Shown: positions 35,930 through 45,665 of the stretch, piece after piece
Layout: each line of letters starts with the position of its first letter
Position numbering within the stretch: position 1 is the first letter of the stretch
From: Candidatus Moranbacteria bacterium GW2011_GWC2_40_12
GTDB taxonomy: Bacteria > Patescibacteriota > Minisyncoccia > Moranbacterales > UBA11712
DNA length: 64,000 nucleotides
NCBI GenBank assembly: GCA_000995965.1
Contig: LBYD01000001.1
Coordinates: forward strand, 279,040-343,039
Reading direction: 5' to 3'
Notes under the pieces: generated by a model
Told to the model about the DNA's origin: nothing
Databases searched by the model: none
Seen by the model: the letters and a program-made list of their open reading frames with translations, nothing else
Made by a program: the position numbers and the translations under genes

Positions 35930-36980
35930 TTGATTTGTCCTCAGCCAGCAATGGGACGCTTTCAACCTCCTCGAATTCTCTCGTTTTTGATTTTTCGAGG
36001 CGATTTTCAAATCTGTCCAGCCTTTTTTCGGTATCTCCGTATTTCTTGGCGGCATTATTAAGATGCGTCCCCAGCAAAACAAAGTCACTCCTAATTTTCT
36101 CGAACTCTATTTCCAGTCTCTTGAGATTTTTCAAAATATCCTTGGCGTTTTCTTCTATTTTCATACCTTTGAGTCCCATAACTATAGTTGAAAGATAGGC
36201 ATAAAGGGTGTTTGGCGAAACCGGAATGACCCTTTTTCCTGTTGAATAATCAAATAATTTTATTTCACCAAAATTATGGCTGACGATTTCATGGTATACA
36301 TTTTCAGCCGGAATATACATCAAGGCAAAATCAACTGTCCCCTCATCCGGCAAAATATATTTTTTGGCGATTGAATCTATATGCTTCTTCACATCGGTAT
36401 AAAATATCCGGGAATATTGTTCGCGATTGTCTTCGTCCGCATCAGATGCTTTTTGAAAATTCTCAAGCGGAAATTTGGAATCGATCGGCACCAGATAATC
36501 TTTCAACTTTACAATTGCGTCCACCTTTTCGCCGCTCTTGAATGTGTGCTGGATTTCATAATGGTCTCCGCTGAATATCTGCGCCAAAAGGTTTTCGAGC
36601 AGAAATTCTCCCATCACCCCCCGCAGTTTTGGAGCCCTCAGGATATCCTGGAGACTTGAGATGTTTTTCCCAACCTCATGCATCTGCTTTACGCTTTCAT
36701 GGACTTGCACCAGTTGTTTTTGCACTTCCCCATAAGAACGGCTGGCATTGTCGAGCCGATTCGTATTCTCTCCCAGCCTAAGATCTACACTTTTTTGGAT
36801 GGTGCCAATGGTCCCTGAAAGTTGCTGAATTTGATTGGTAATATTCGAAATAATATCGATATTTTTTTGATCTAACTCTTGCTTTTCCGAGTTATCTAAT
36901 TTTCTACGTAATGATAAAATAAACCCAGCCAGAGCCAGGATAACCAGAACCAACACAAAAAAAATGATATACAAGGACAT
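35901..36980 (-). CDS. rmuC: DNA recombination protein RmuC
   Basis: N-terminal TM + coiled coil, RmuC nuclease-like C-terminal domain (AIVKLKDYLVPIDSKFPLENF). Confidence 0.85.
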   Translation of the reverse strand: MSLYIIFFVLVLVILALAGFILSLRRKLDNSEKQELDQKNIDIISNITNQIQQLSGTIGTIQKSVDLRLGENTNRLDNASRSYGEVQKQLVQVHESVKQMHEVGKNISSLQDILRAPKLRGVMGEFLLENLLAQIFSGDHYEIQHTFKSGEKVDAIVKLKDYLVPIDSKFPLENFQKASDADEDNREQYSRIFYTDVKKHIDSIAKKYILPDEGTVDFALMYIPAENVYHEIVSHNFGEIKLFDYSTGKRVIPVSPNTLYAYLSTIVMGLKGMKIEENAKDILKNLKRLEIEFEKIRSDFVLLGTHLNNAAKKYGDTEKRLDRFENRLEKSKTREFEEVESVPLLAEDKSNDAKTEGKI

Positions 36981-37002
36981 GACTTTGATTTGTTAGTCGA
37001 GT

Positions 37003-37602
37003 TTATTTCCTCCGGTTCGCTATCTCTTTCAAATTAGGAATCCTGCAGATAATCTCCTCATAGGGGCCTTCCAGAAATTCCATGACGAACTTGTCCAGCA
37101 TATCCGTGCGGTATTTGAATTCGTCCGAGCCCATAATTGAATAGTTGATTTCCTTTCCCACTTCCGCCTCCAAACTTTCGAGCAGATGCTTCAGTTTTGC
37201 CCGGCTCAATTCATCTCCGACGACCAAAAGGTCGGCCCGGCCTTTGGGATAATTGAGAAATACTCCGGACATGAGAGCCAACTTCACTTTTCCAAGACCT
37301 TTGATCCGATGGAGGCTTCGGCATTCAGGAAGCGTGTTCGATTTGATGACAAGATTCCTGAGTTCCGGATAGAAAATGAAATCCCGGTTGGTTTCGAAAA
37401 TCTTATGGCCTTTTTTGGAACGCGAAACAATCATTTTCATCCTTTCCATCCGCGCAAGTTCCCGATTGGCCTGCTGGGAAGAAAGCTGGCTCTTCCTGAT
37501 GATATCCTTGAGCGAATAGCTTTCTTTGTCATTTAGCATGAAAAATTTCACCAGCCTCGACCGGGCACGCGTATCAAAAAGCTGCGAAAATATCTCGGAC
37601 AT
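37003..37602 (-). CDS. putative winged-helix transcriptional regulator
   Basis: N-terminal HTH-like segment (SLKDIIRKSQLSSQQANRELARMERMKMIV). Confidence 0.5.
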   Translation of the reverse strand: MSEIFSQLFDTRARSRLVKFFMLNDKESYSLKDIIRKSQLSSQQANRELARMERMKMIVSRSKKGHKIFETNRDFIFYPELRNLVIKSNTLPECRSLHRIKGLGKVKLALMSGVFLNYPKGRADLLVVGDELSRAKLKHLLESLEAEVGKEINYSIMGSDEFKYRTDMLDKFVMEFLEGPYEEIICRIPNLKEIANRRK

Positions 37603-37798
37603 ATTTTAGATATTCTTAATTCTTAGTGAAAAAAACTGCCCCTATTATAGCGATCGATCAGAAAAAAGTCCAATTTTCGCATGGCGCGAAACGCAATTGG
37701 GAAAAGAATGATAAATGTTGTCGCGTCATGGATTGTGCGTCATCAGTTATGCGAAAAATTGATATTTTTCTGCTTTTCCCCTATAATGGGCTCAAATT

Positions 37799-39826
37799 TT
37801 GAAAAATGAAAAAACGAAGAAAATGACCACTTCTTCCAGGAAAAGAAGGGAAAAGGAATATCACGCGGCAATTCGCGATATTTTGATTTGTTCAAAAAAC
37901 GAGCTTACGCCTTTTGCGACTGTTTTTTCCTTTCCCCCTGAAAATTTCGAACAGCAGCGATTCGGAACAATTTTTGGGATTATCAAAGTGGATGACCATT
38001 CGGAGGATTCTTCATATATCGCAAATCTCCTGACTTCCGTGATCAAGAAAGAATACTTCGGAAAACCGCAGCGCAGCGCAGAAGAGAGCTTCGAAGCCAG
38101 TCTTCGAAAAGCCAACCTTGCTCTGGCGGAACTGGTCCGCCATGGCGCCACAGCCTGGGCCGGAAAAATCAACTTTGCCGCAGGCGCCATTGAAAGAAAC
38201 AACCTTCATTTTGCTTGCTTGGGAAACGCGTCAATTTTTCTGATTCGCGAAGGTGAAATCGCTGAAATAAGTGCGGAACTTGATGAAGAAAAAGTCGCTG
38301 AATCTCATCCGCTCAAAACTTTTTCCAATACTTCAAGCGGCAAACTCGAAATCGGCGACAAACTCATTTTCACGACGCACGAGCTTATGGATATTTTTTC
38401 CCGAGAAGAGCTTCGCCAGAACGCTTCGCATTTTTCACGCGAAGAATACCCGGGATTTTTGGAAATTTCCCTAAGGGCAAACAGCGAGCTGGCCGGCACG
38501 ATTGTCATCGACCTTTCCGATTCAAATGAAGCGAAACCGATGATTGTCGAAGCTCCGGTCATCGGCGAAGAAAAGGTGAAGAAAATAGATTCGTTTGCGG
38601 GAGCAAAAGACATATTCGAGAAAGAGGCGCAAAGCCGCGACGCGAAAACTGCTTTCCCGAAAGAAACTCCGATTTTCCGCGAGATCCCTGGAAATATGGT
38701 GTTTTTCAACTTTTTTGTTAAAGTCAAAAGCATTTTATTATCTATCTCAGCCAATGCAAAAAAGATCAATTTCAAGCATTATTTCACCAAAATTTCCGCT
38801 TGGGCAAAGCTCTTGCTTTTGAAAATAAAGCCATTTTTTGTGTCTTTTTTTCATAATATAAAGAAAATAGAATGGAAAGAAAAAGGGATGCAGGCAAAAA
38901 TAGTTGCCGCAATAGCGATCCTGGCGATCGCATCGTTTGTTTCAGTGGCAATCATGAGAGATAGGAGTGAACAAAGAAAGTTGGCGGAAGAAACGACTGC
39001 CCCACCCACTGAGCCAGAAACGGCTCTTCAAAACCTTGAAGACGTGAATGTCAAAAAAATTGAAACGATTGAGGAGATCGTGAGCCTTGGTCAGCCAGCC
39101 GATCAAATGACAATTCTTGGAAATTATCTCTATATCATTCCGGAAGAAAGCCAGTCAGTTTTGAAAGTCGATCTTGGATCCAAAAGTGTTGAGGAAACAA
39201 AAACTAGCCTTGCCGTTGGAAATTTCAAGCTTGCGGCGGCTATGCCCCATCTCGAAAGCCTGTTTTTCCTCACGGAGAACAATAAAATCGTTTCCTTCAC
39301 TCCGATAAACAAAAATTTCCAGGAGAACGGCATTTCACTTCCCGGCAATCTTAAGGCAGCTGATATGAAAACTTTTCTAACTTATTTATATATACTTGAC
39401 CCAGAGGCGAATCAAATTTATCGCTATCCCCGCGCCGAAGGAGGCTTTGGTGAAATGCAAAACTGGCTCCGAAGCGGATCGGAAATCAAAAGCGCGAAAG
39501 GTTTCGCGATCAATGATGATATCTTCGCCGCAGGTTCAGGCGACATCACGGCATATCTGCAGGGAAAAACGGACAGCAGCATCAATTTCGAAAAGCCAGA
39601 TGTTCCGCTTGCCATCGACAAAATATTTTCCGAACCGGAAATGGAAGGAATTTATGTTCTCGACAATAAAAACCATCGAATAGTGAAATATTCAAAAGAA
39701 GGAAAAATTTTCAATCAGTATTTCAGCGCCGATATTGTTTCTATCAAGGATTTTTTGGTGGACGAAAAAAACAAAGTCATTTATCTGCTCAAAGGAACTT
39801 CTGTAAAAAAATTCTCTTTTGAATAA
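37799..39826 (+). CDS. large hypothetical protein: N-terminal PP2C/SpoIIE-like domain (weak), central TM helix, C-terminal beta-rich extracellular domain
   Basis: 675 aa; TM IVAAIAILAIASFVSVAI; divergent from regulator gene with TATAAT-containing intergenic region. Confidence 0.55.
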   Translation: MKNEKTKKMTTSSRKRREKEYHAAIRDILICSKNELTPFATVFSFPPENFEQQRFGTIFGIIKVDDHSEDSSYIANLLTSVIKKEYFGKPQRSAEESFEASLRKANLALAELVRHGATAWAGKINFAAGAIERNNLHFACLGNASIFLIREGEIAEISAELDEEKVAESHPLKTFSNTSSGKLEIGDKLIFTTHELMDIFSREELRQNASHFSREEYPGFLEISLRANSELAGTIVIDLSDSNEAKPMIVEAPVIGEEKVKKIDSFAGAKDIFEKEAQSRDAKTAFPKETPIFREIPGNMVFFNFFVKVKSILLSISANAKKINFKHYFTKISAWAKLLLLKIKPFFVSFFHNIKKIEWKEKGMQAKIVAAIAILAIASFVSVAIMRDRSEQRKLAEETTAPPTEPETALQNLEDVNVKKIETIEEIVSLGQPADQMTILGNYLYIIPEESQSVLKVDLGSKSVEETKTSLAVGNFKLAAAMPHLESLFFLTENNKIVSFTPINKNFQENGISLPGNLKAADMKTFLTYLYILDPEANQIYRYPRAEGGFGEMQNWLRSGSEIKSAKGFAINDDIFAAGSGDITAYLQGKTDSSINFEKPDVPLAIDKIFSEPEMEGIYVLDNKNHRIVKYSKEGKIFNQYFSADIVSIKDFLVDEKNKVIYLLKGTSVKKFSFE

Positions 39827-39873
39827 ATTATTTGAATATAATTGCTATATCATAATTATTCAAATTTTGTCAT

Positions 39874-39912
39874 CACACCCGTAAACTGGTTTACGGGTGT
39901 GTCTTTATTTTC
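39874..39912 (+). terminator. intrinsic terminator, 13-bp stem CACACCCGTAAAC/GTTTACGGGTGTG + T-run
   Basis: immediately after stop of 37799-39826. Confidence 0.6.
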
Positions 39913-39921
39913 AGTGTTCAG

Positions 39922-39954
39922 GCAAAAAGAAAAGGCGGGGATGAAGCTCCCGCC
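39922..39954 (-). terminator. intrinsic terminator for the Cys-rich gene pair (GGCGGG..CCCGCC + U-run on minus)
   Basis: aaaaagaaaaggcggggatgaagctcccgcc. Confidence 0.5.
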
Positions 39955-39990
39955 TTGGATTTCGCATGACTCTTTCACCTCCCGGCCGTT

Positions 39991-40242
39991 TTATGCGCCC
40001 AGGAGCTGCGCCCGGGAGCAATAGGTGGTCTGCAGAGCCAGGCAGCCCTTTTCAACGTTGAGGCTTTTGCAGGCTGACCCCGCGCAGTTTTTGGGATGAA
40101 AGTTATACCCCTTGATGAAATTCGCCAAACTGCAGTAACTCGCTTGCCCCGCCGTACAGCCGACTGCCCAACTAAACAAGTAGCATTTTGAGAAAAGGCA
40201 GTTCACGGGAAGAGTATTTTTCGGTATTATCCTTTCATTTCT
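39991..40242 (-). CDS. small cysteine-rich protein D (84 aa), downstream member of tandem pair; Cys spacing like protein A
   Basis: SD GGGAGG before ATG (MRRNERI); CLFSKCYLFSWAVGC...C...GYNFHPKNCAGSAC. Confidence 0.5.
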   Translation of the reverse strand, partial: RNERIIPKNTLPVNCLFSKCYLFSWAVGCTAGQASYCSLANFIKGYNFHPKNCAGSACKSLNVEKGCLALQTTYCSRAQLLGA

Positions 40243-40258
40243 TCTCATACCATCCTCC

Positions 40259-40441
40259 CTAATATTTCGCCCGGCCATCGTGGGCAAGTTCGTCTTTGGG
40301 AACACTGTAGCAATTGCATTTTCCCTTACCGACTATTTCCAATACTTTTCCTTCTAGGGCAATCTTGCAGAAACCAAGCTGATTCTTATTTCCGCACTTT
40401 GCCGTGCATTTGAAAGAAATACTATCTTCTCCCTTGCTCAT
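40259..40441 (-). CDS. small cysteine-rich protein E (60 aa), upstream member of tandem pair
   Basis: SD AGGAGA before ATG; FKCTAKCGNKNQLGFCK...KCNC. Confidence 0.5.
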   Translation of the reverse strand: MSKGEDSISFKCTAKCGNKNQLGFCKIALEGKVLEIVGKGKCNCYSVPKDELAHDGRAKY

Positions 40442-40538
40442 CTGACAGTCTCCTATTGAGGAATTTTACGAATGAAAAAAGAGCTGGATAGCCCTTCTTT
40501 CTTCTATCATATTCTGAAATTTATTTCAAGCCTGTCGT

Positions 40539-40561
40539 TTCCTAATCTCCGAGATTAGGAA
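40539..40561. repeat. 23-nt perfect palindrome TTCCTAATCTC-C-GAGATTAGGAA (CTAA-N9-TTAG family) just 3' of rplL
   Basis: same termini (TTCCTAA...TTAGGAA) as array members at 25310 and 25610. Confidence 0.7.
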
Positions 40562-40566
40562 ATTGA

Positions 40567-40992
40567 TTATTTCAGATTCACAGTCGCGCCCGCTTCTTCG
40601 AGCTTCTTTTTCAGTTCATCCGCCTCGGCTTTCGGAGCTTTCTCTTTGATCACCTTTGGAGCCGCGTCAACCAGGTCTTTGGCGTCTTTCAAACCTTTTC
40701 CGGTGATTTCACGAACAACCTTGATCACATTGATCTTGGCATCCCCGGGCGCTACCAGTTCGATGTCGAATTCACTCTTTTCTTCAGCCGCCGCGCCCGC
40801 CTCTCCGCCGGCCGCCGGCATTCCAGCCATCATCATTGGAGCTGCCGCGCTTACCCCGAATTTCTCTTCGAGTATTTTCACGAGCTCGGAAAGCTCAAGA
40901 ACAGACATTTTTTCGATCTGCTCAACAAGAGCTTTGAATTTTTCCGGAACCTCGACTTCTATTTTTTCTTCCGTTGTTTTTTCTTCTGACAT
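40567..40992 (-). CDS. rplL: 50S ribosomal protein L7/L12
   Basis: N-terminal dimerisation helix, Ala/Gly hinge, C-terminal [26 protein letters not shown]. Confidence 0.9.
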   Translation of the reverse strand: MSEEKTTEEKIEVEVPEKFKALVEQIEKMSVLELSELVKILEEKFGVSAAAPMMMAGMPAAGGEAGAAAEEKSEFDIELVAPGDAKINVIKVVREITGKGLKDAKDLVDAAPKVIKEKAPKAEADELKKKLEEAGATVNLK

Positions 40993-41039
40993 AATGTTAG
41001 GATTATAAATTACAATTTATGAATTATGAGTTAGCCTAT

Positions 41040-41074
41040 CCGCCCAACTCGCTTCGCGACTCGAAGCGGGCGGG
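41040..41074. repeat. GC-rich hairpin CCGCCC..CGCTTCGCGACTCGAAGCG..GGGCGG in rplJ-rplL spacer (shares CGCTTCGC/GCGAAGCG arms with the 110-bp repeat family)
   Basis: 7-bp inner stem and 6-bp outer stem. Confidence 0.5.
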
Positions 41075-41105
41075 CTCGAAAAAAACTATATTTTCACTGG
41101 CCTAA

Positions 41106-41621
41106 TCATTTTGCGTCTCCAATCGCCTTCAAAACTCCCACCAAATTCCTCAAATTTCCCGCCAGCACATTCACAAATCCGGAAACCGGAGCGTTGATTG
41201 TGCCGACAAGCTTCGCAAGCAGCTCCTCACGCGAAGGAAGCGCCGCCAAAGCCGCGACTTCTTTTTCAGAAATGACTTTTCCTTCCAGAATCCCCTGCAA
41301 TATTTTGAAATTTTTGTTCTCTTTTGAAAATTTTGCCAGTATTTTCGCCGCCGAAACTTCATCTTCTTCACCAATCGCGACGCCAATCTGGCCTTTCATA
41401 TTCTTCACGTCCACTTCGATTCCAGAATTTTTGAAAGCCAGCTCCAGCAATTTCTTTTTGGAGATTTTGTAACTTGATCCTGTTTTCCTCAGTTCATCGC
41501 GCAATTCTTTCATTTTGCCGACCGTCGTTCCCGCATAATCTGAAAAAACCATGACTTTTCCGGCTTTCACTTTTTCGGATAATTTTTTCACTAATTCCTC
41601 TTTTTGGGGTCGCGTAAGCAT
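41106..41621 (-). CDS. rplJ: 50S ribosomal protein L10
   Basis: MLTRPQKEELVKKLSEK..., L10 fold. Confidence 0.9.
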   Translation of the reverse strand: MLTRPQKEELVKKLSEKVKAGKVMVFSDYAGTTVGKMKELRDELRKTGSSYKISKKKLLELAFKNSGIEVDVKNMKGQIGVAIGEEDEVSAAKILAKFSKENKNFKILQGILEGKVISEKEVAALAALPSREELLAKLVGTINAPVSGFVNVLAGNLRNLVGVLKAIGDAK

Positions 41622-41665
41622 GATATTCTTTACGAATTACGAATCAGTTACGAATATACGAATTT
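41622..41665. repeat. partial TACGAAT-rich element directly 5' of rplJ
   Basis: ttctttacgaattacgaatcagttacgaatatacgaattttt. Confidence 0.55.
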
Positions 41666-41896
41666 TTATAAAAAATAAAAAGCCCGCTATATCCACAGGC
41701 CCAGAAAAAAACAATAAAAACTGTAATTTCCTCGTTGGGACTTAATCCGCTAGCTGGCGGAGCCCAATTTCTGCGGAAAATGATTATTTAACTGACAAAA
41801 TACATTATATATGGCCCAAATAATATGTCAAGGCCACCCTCCATATTCGATCAGATATTCTAGTACTTTAGCGAATTAAAATGTATGTTTAATAAA

Positions 41897-42853
41897 TTAC
41901 TTTAATTTACTCTCAAAAACCCTCGCAATATTTCCATATGTCATTTTTTCAATCAATTCCTGGCTAACCCCCAAGCTCGGCAAAAAATTTTCCACAAAAT
42001 CCTTATAAAGGCAAAGGGAGGGATAACCGGACATATACGGCGGGAACATTTTTTCACCCACCTGATGCGGCGCGTAATCAGTTTCGATCCAGTCTATTTT
42101 CCCGTTCTTCACGCATTCGAGAAGTCCGGCAACGGTCTTTTTATCCCGAAGCGGAGGGTTCATTTTGTAGAGAAGTCCATCGGGCCTTTTTTGCATTTTC
42201 TGGTCCCAAAGCGCGTGATGAGGCGTAACGCCGCAAGTGACAGAAATTTCCTTCCTGGCCAGATCAACCAATTCGACTGACTCGGGACAAGTGATGTGGC
42301 AGATGTGAAGCGTCCCGAGAAAACCAGCCTTTTTCGCGAGCTCGATCTGATCTTTCACCGATTTTATCTCGGCTCTTTTGGGACGGCTTTTCGAGTGCGT
42401 CAACGGATTTTTCGGATCCCAAATTTCTCCTTTGATCAGACTTTCTTTCTCGCAGTGGACAGCTATCACTCCTTTATAGCCGAGATTTGCCAAAGTTTTA
42501 TACACTTTTTTTTGGTCTTCTTTTTCCAGAACCGTGAGATCGCCGACTGATTTTCCGGCAAACATCTTGAGACCGATGACATTTTTCCGGTTTTCATAGC
42601 ATTTCACCGCTCCTTCAAGCTGTCCGGCATCAGAAGTGACGCCAATCCAGACATAATAATCATTGATTCTCTCACTAGGCACGAGCTTCAACCGCTCGTC
42701 AATATCCTTTTCCGCAGTTATCGGCGGATCGGTGTTGGGCATATCAAATATTTTTTGCACACCCTGCGCGTCAGCTACGGCGAACACGTGCGCGATTGTT
42801 TCTTTATATGACTGCTTGCCGTCGCGGCAATGAACATGGGGATCGATTTTCAT
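41897..42853 (-). CDS. pyrC: dihydroorotase-like cyclic amidohydrolase (short form)
   Basis: DPHVHCRD, FDMPNTDPP, HxH/K/H/D metal ligands. Confidence 0.7.
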   Translation of the reverse strand: MKIDPHVHCRDGKQSYKETIAHVFAVADAQGVQKIFDMPNTDPPITAEKDIDERLKLVPSERINDYYVWIGVTSDAGQLEGAVKCYENRKNVIGLKMFAGKSVGDLTVLEKEDQKKVYKTLANLGYKGVIAVHCEKESLIKGEIWDPKNPLTHSKSRPKRAEIKSVKDQIELAKKAGFLGTLHICHITCPESVELVDLARKEISVTCGVTPHHALWDQKMQKRPDGLLYKMNPPLRDKKTVAGLLECVKNGKIDWIETDYAPHQVGEKMFPPYMSGYPSLCLYKDFVENFLPSLGVSQELIEKMTYGNIARVFESKLK

Positions 42854-42868
42854 ATATTTGTAAAAAAA

Positions 42869-43978
42869 TTATAATCCATATTTTATCTTGTTGGCATCAT
42901 GCTCTTCGATCGTCTTGGAAAAAATTGTTTTTCCTGTTTCCGGGTCTGAAAGAAAATAGGTATAATCCGTTTTCGTCGGATAAATGGCCGCTTTTATCGC
43001 ATTCATTCCCGGGTTATTGATCGGACCGGGCGGAAGGCCTTTGTTCATATAGGTATTATAGGGCGAGGGAGTCCTTGTGTCCTCATAGGAATACTGTTTT
43101 TTTTCTTTTCCAAGGACATAGGCGATAGTCGCGCAGCTTTGAAGCGGCATGCCATATCCTATCCGATCCCAGAATATCCCGCTTGCTGTTTTCATATCTT
43201 CGGGTGTTTTCACTTCTTTTTCCAAGATGCTCGCCATTGTCACAATTTCAAAAACCGTGCGGTTTTGTTCTTGTATTTCGTTTCGCATCTGGGGCGTCAA
43301 TTTCTCGTCAAAATTGAGCAGCATCCGGCTCACGATGTTCGCCTCATTTGTGTCTTTGAAGAAAATATACGTGTCAGGGAATAAAAATCCTTCGAGATTC
43401 ATTTTTTCCGGCTTGCTTTTCAGGAATTCATAATCCTTTTTTGCTCCCGCGCCGGATTTCGCGGCATTCAAAAAATTTTCGCCGTCAAAACCCTTATTCT
43501 TGAGAACATCCGCCATATCCTTGAGACTCGTCCCCTCGGGAAAAGTGATTTTCACTTCATTCGGAACCACTTCGCCCATGCTCAAAACCTGGACAATTTC
43601 CGGGATAGTCATCGACCCGCGCAGTTCGTATTTTCCGGCTTGTATTTTTCCCCTACTATTTGTTTTCCAAATAAAATAGTTGAAATATAAATCTTTTTTT
43701 ATATATTGTCCGTTTTCCAGATTGTTCGCGATATCTTTCACTCCCTCTCCAGACTTTATTTCAAAAGTTTGCATGATATTTCCCGTTCCGTGAGAATAGT
43801 AGACTTGCCGGTGAAACCAGTATCCGGCGACTGATAAAACAGCCAAAAAAACAAAACCTTTCCAGAAAAAAGATTTTGGCCGATAATTTTCGTTTTGGGA
43901 AGATTCATATCGCACGGACTTAATAATAGCAGATTCATCTCTTACTACGCAATGGCGCAAAAACCACTTTTCCGGCAC
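42869..43978 (-). CDS. mltG: endolytic murein transglycosylase MltG (YceG family)
   Basis: N-terminal TM, YceG-like domain, GLPPGPINNPG. Confidence 0.85.
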   Translation of the reverse strand: MPEKWFLRHCVVRDESAIIKSVRYESSQNENYRPKSFFWKGFVFLAVLSVAGYWFHRQVYYSHGTGNIMQTFEIKSGEGVKDIANNLENGQYIKKDLYFNYFIWKTNSRGKIQAGKYELRGSMTIPEIVQVLSMGEVVPNEVKITFPEGTSLKDMADVLKNKGFDGENFLNAAKSGAGAKKDYEFLKSKPEKMNLEGFLFPDTYIFFKDTNEANIVSRMLLNFDEKLTPQMRNEIQEQNRTVFEIVTMASILEKEVKTPEDMKTASGIFWDRIGYGMPLQSCATIAYVLGKEKKQYSYEDTRTPSPYNTYMNKGLPPGPINNPGMNAIKAAIYPTKTDYTYFLSDPETGKTIFSKTIEEHDANKIKYGL

Positions 43979-44082
43979 GACGGCGCAACTAAAATGAGGA
44001 TTTCAATATTTTGGCAAAATTTTACCCTCCGCATCCCAATAGGCTGCGGAGGGCTCTCTCCATGTTGCTATTCTGACTAATT

Positions 44083-44406
44083 TCACTTCATATTTGGAGG
44101 CCTGTTTGTTTTCCAATTCCTTGGAGGAATTGGAGGAATGGGGTTCTTCGGCGTAGTGTTGCGGTCGCTTTCGCAACACGCGAAGCAGTGATAATCACGC
44201 CAAGTTGCTTTTCCCGATAGAATGCGTTCGATTTTCGTCCACGCCAGGGTTGTTTCACATCCCTCCGTGTCGCATTTCATTGGCGGCAAATCATGCGAAA
44301 TGTGCTTTTTGGCAGCCTCGGGCGAAGCATAAATCGATTGATCAACTCCGCCAGAGCTCTTCCGGGCGGGAAGTGAAGTGCTCCATCCTTTATCTTGATT
44401 TTGCAT
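44083..44406 (-). CDS. small cysteine-rich protein F (107 aa), downstream member of tandem pair
   Basis: SD AAGGGAG before ATG; CDTEGCETT...HCFACCES; Pro-rich tail. Confidence 0.45.
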   Translation of the reverse strand: MQNQDKGWSTSLPARKSSGGVDQSIYASPEAAKKHISHDLPPMKCDTEGCETTLAWTKIERILSGKATWRDYHCFACCESDRNTTPKNPIPPIPPRNWKTNRPPNMK

Positions 44407-44417
44407 CTATCTCCCTT

Positions 44418-44651
44418 CTAATTGGTGGTTTTCGGAAAAGGATCGCCGAAAGCCGTGCAGCATGCCCCCGTGCAGCGAGCTTGCCCCAGCTGAATGGCAT
44501 TTACTTCTTCTGGCGAAAGTTCTCTTGTTGATCTCCCGCCGCTATGAAGCCTCTTGCCTTCCCACGTGCCTCCGAAGAAATCAAGTTTCTTGATTTCTTC
44601 CAAATCCGTGAGTTCACTTTCTCTTGGGATACTGGCACAACCAGATCCGAC
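44418..44651 (-). CDS. small cysteine-rich protein G (77 aa; start at second Met), upstream member of tandem pair
   Basis: SD AAGGAGGTG 7 nt before ATG (MVGSGCAS...); CTGACC near C-terminus. Confidence 0.45.
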   Translation of the reverse strand, partial: VGSGCASIPRESELTDLEEIKKLDFFGGTWEGKRLHSGGRSTRELSPEEVNAIQLGQARCTGACCTAFGDPFPKTTN

Positions 44652-44759
44652 CATGAGATTCACCTCCTTTTGATTTGAAATCATAAAAGCTTAGCATAAA
44701 GAAAAGCTTTGTCAATATCGTTGATATTTTATATCTTCTCTCTTATTTCTTACATCCCT

Positions 44760-45203
44760 TTATTCCCCGATTATCTGCAAAGCAATTTGGCGCGGGCGGG
44801 CGTTGTCGAGCTCCACGGCGAAAATCCGCTGCCATTGACCCAGTTGAAGATCGCCTTTCATTATATTCAAATAACAGCTTGTTGGCAGAAATGCCGCCTT
44901 GCAATGAGAATGTCCGTTTTTCGGCTCATTGGGATTCATATTCACCGTCCGGATGTCAAAGTTGTCGTGCATATATTTCACAGTCCGCGGAGCAATTTTA
45001 TCCAAAACTTTTCTGAGATCTGATATCATAAGCGGTTCTGCCTCTTGCACCAGAATCGCCATCGTTGTGTGAAGGCTCTGGATGTTCACAACACCTCTTT
45101 TTATGCCCGCTTTTTTGAGTTTCGTCTTGATTTTGTCGGTTATGTCGATGAAATCCAGCGTCGTCGCGGTTTTGAGTTTGATGAGATGATTAATAATTTT
45201 CAT
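44760..45203 (-). CDS. yjbQ: YjbQ/UPF0047 family protein (secondary thiamine-phosphate synthase-like)
   Basis: GHSHCKAAFLPTS signature. Confidence 0.85.
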   Translation of the reverse strand: MKIINHLIKLKTATTLDFIDITDKIKTKLKKAGIKRGVVNIQSLHTTMAILVQEAEPLMISDLRKVLDKIAPRTVKYMHDNFDIRTVNMNPNEPKNGHSHCKAAFLPTSCYLNIMKGDLQLGQWQRIFAVELDNARPRQIALQIIGE

Positions 45204-45258
45204 TTTGATATAAGATATTAAAAATAAGATAGAAGAAATAAATATTAGAAATAATAAA

Positions 45259-45657
45259 TTATTTTTTTCCTCTTAACGTTAACAAGCTTGACCCAAATAT
45301 CTTAGAATACTCATCTAATTCCTTCAGAAACCATTCGACACTTTCGGGTTTCACTCTTTTACTGTCCCGCAAAAGCGCAAACCACAATTTACTTTCATTA
45401 TTCGACTTATAGGAATGATTGAAAAAATTAGTGAAGTCTTTTTTACTACTGGCACATTGCCCCTCCACAAAATTTGCAATAATACTCGTGCCACTTCTTA
45501 ATAATTGATCACCAATTCTTTTCGAAACATTGTCATTTGGGAGTTTATCAATAAATTCGATAAGTTTCAATGTAAAAATATAAAGCCTCTTTTTAAAATC
45601 ATTTCTTAATACTTCTTTCTCATCTTTCATTTTTATTTCTTCTTTTTTATATCTCAT
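45259..45657 (-). CDS. four-helix-bundle protein (bAvd / 23S rRNA IVS protein family)
   Basis: ...SIIANFVEGQCASSKKDFTNFFNHSYKS... matches TIGR02436-type four-helix bundle. Confidence 0.65.
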   Translation of the reverse strand: MRYKKEEIKMKDEKEVLRNDFKKRLYIFTLKLIEFIDKLPNDNVSKRIGDQLLRSGTSIIANFVEGQCASSKKDFTNFFNHSYKSNNESKLWFALLRDSKRVKPESVEWFLKELDEYSKIFGSSLLTLRGKK

Positions 45658-45665
45658 TTCTTATT

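Noticed and set aside
35549-36088. 179-aa ORF overlapping rmuC by about 190 nt
   Set aside because: The overlap is with the well-supported rmuC C-terminus; trimmed to an internal Met (35929).
40995-41105. Intrinsic terminator between rplJ and rplL
   Set aside because: Strong hairpin present but no U-run on the transcribed strand; more likely a stability/attenuator stem or repeat-family member.
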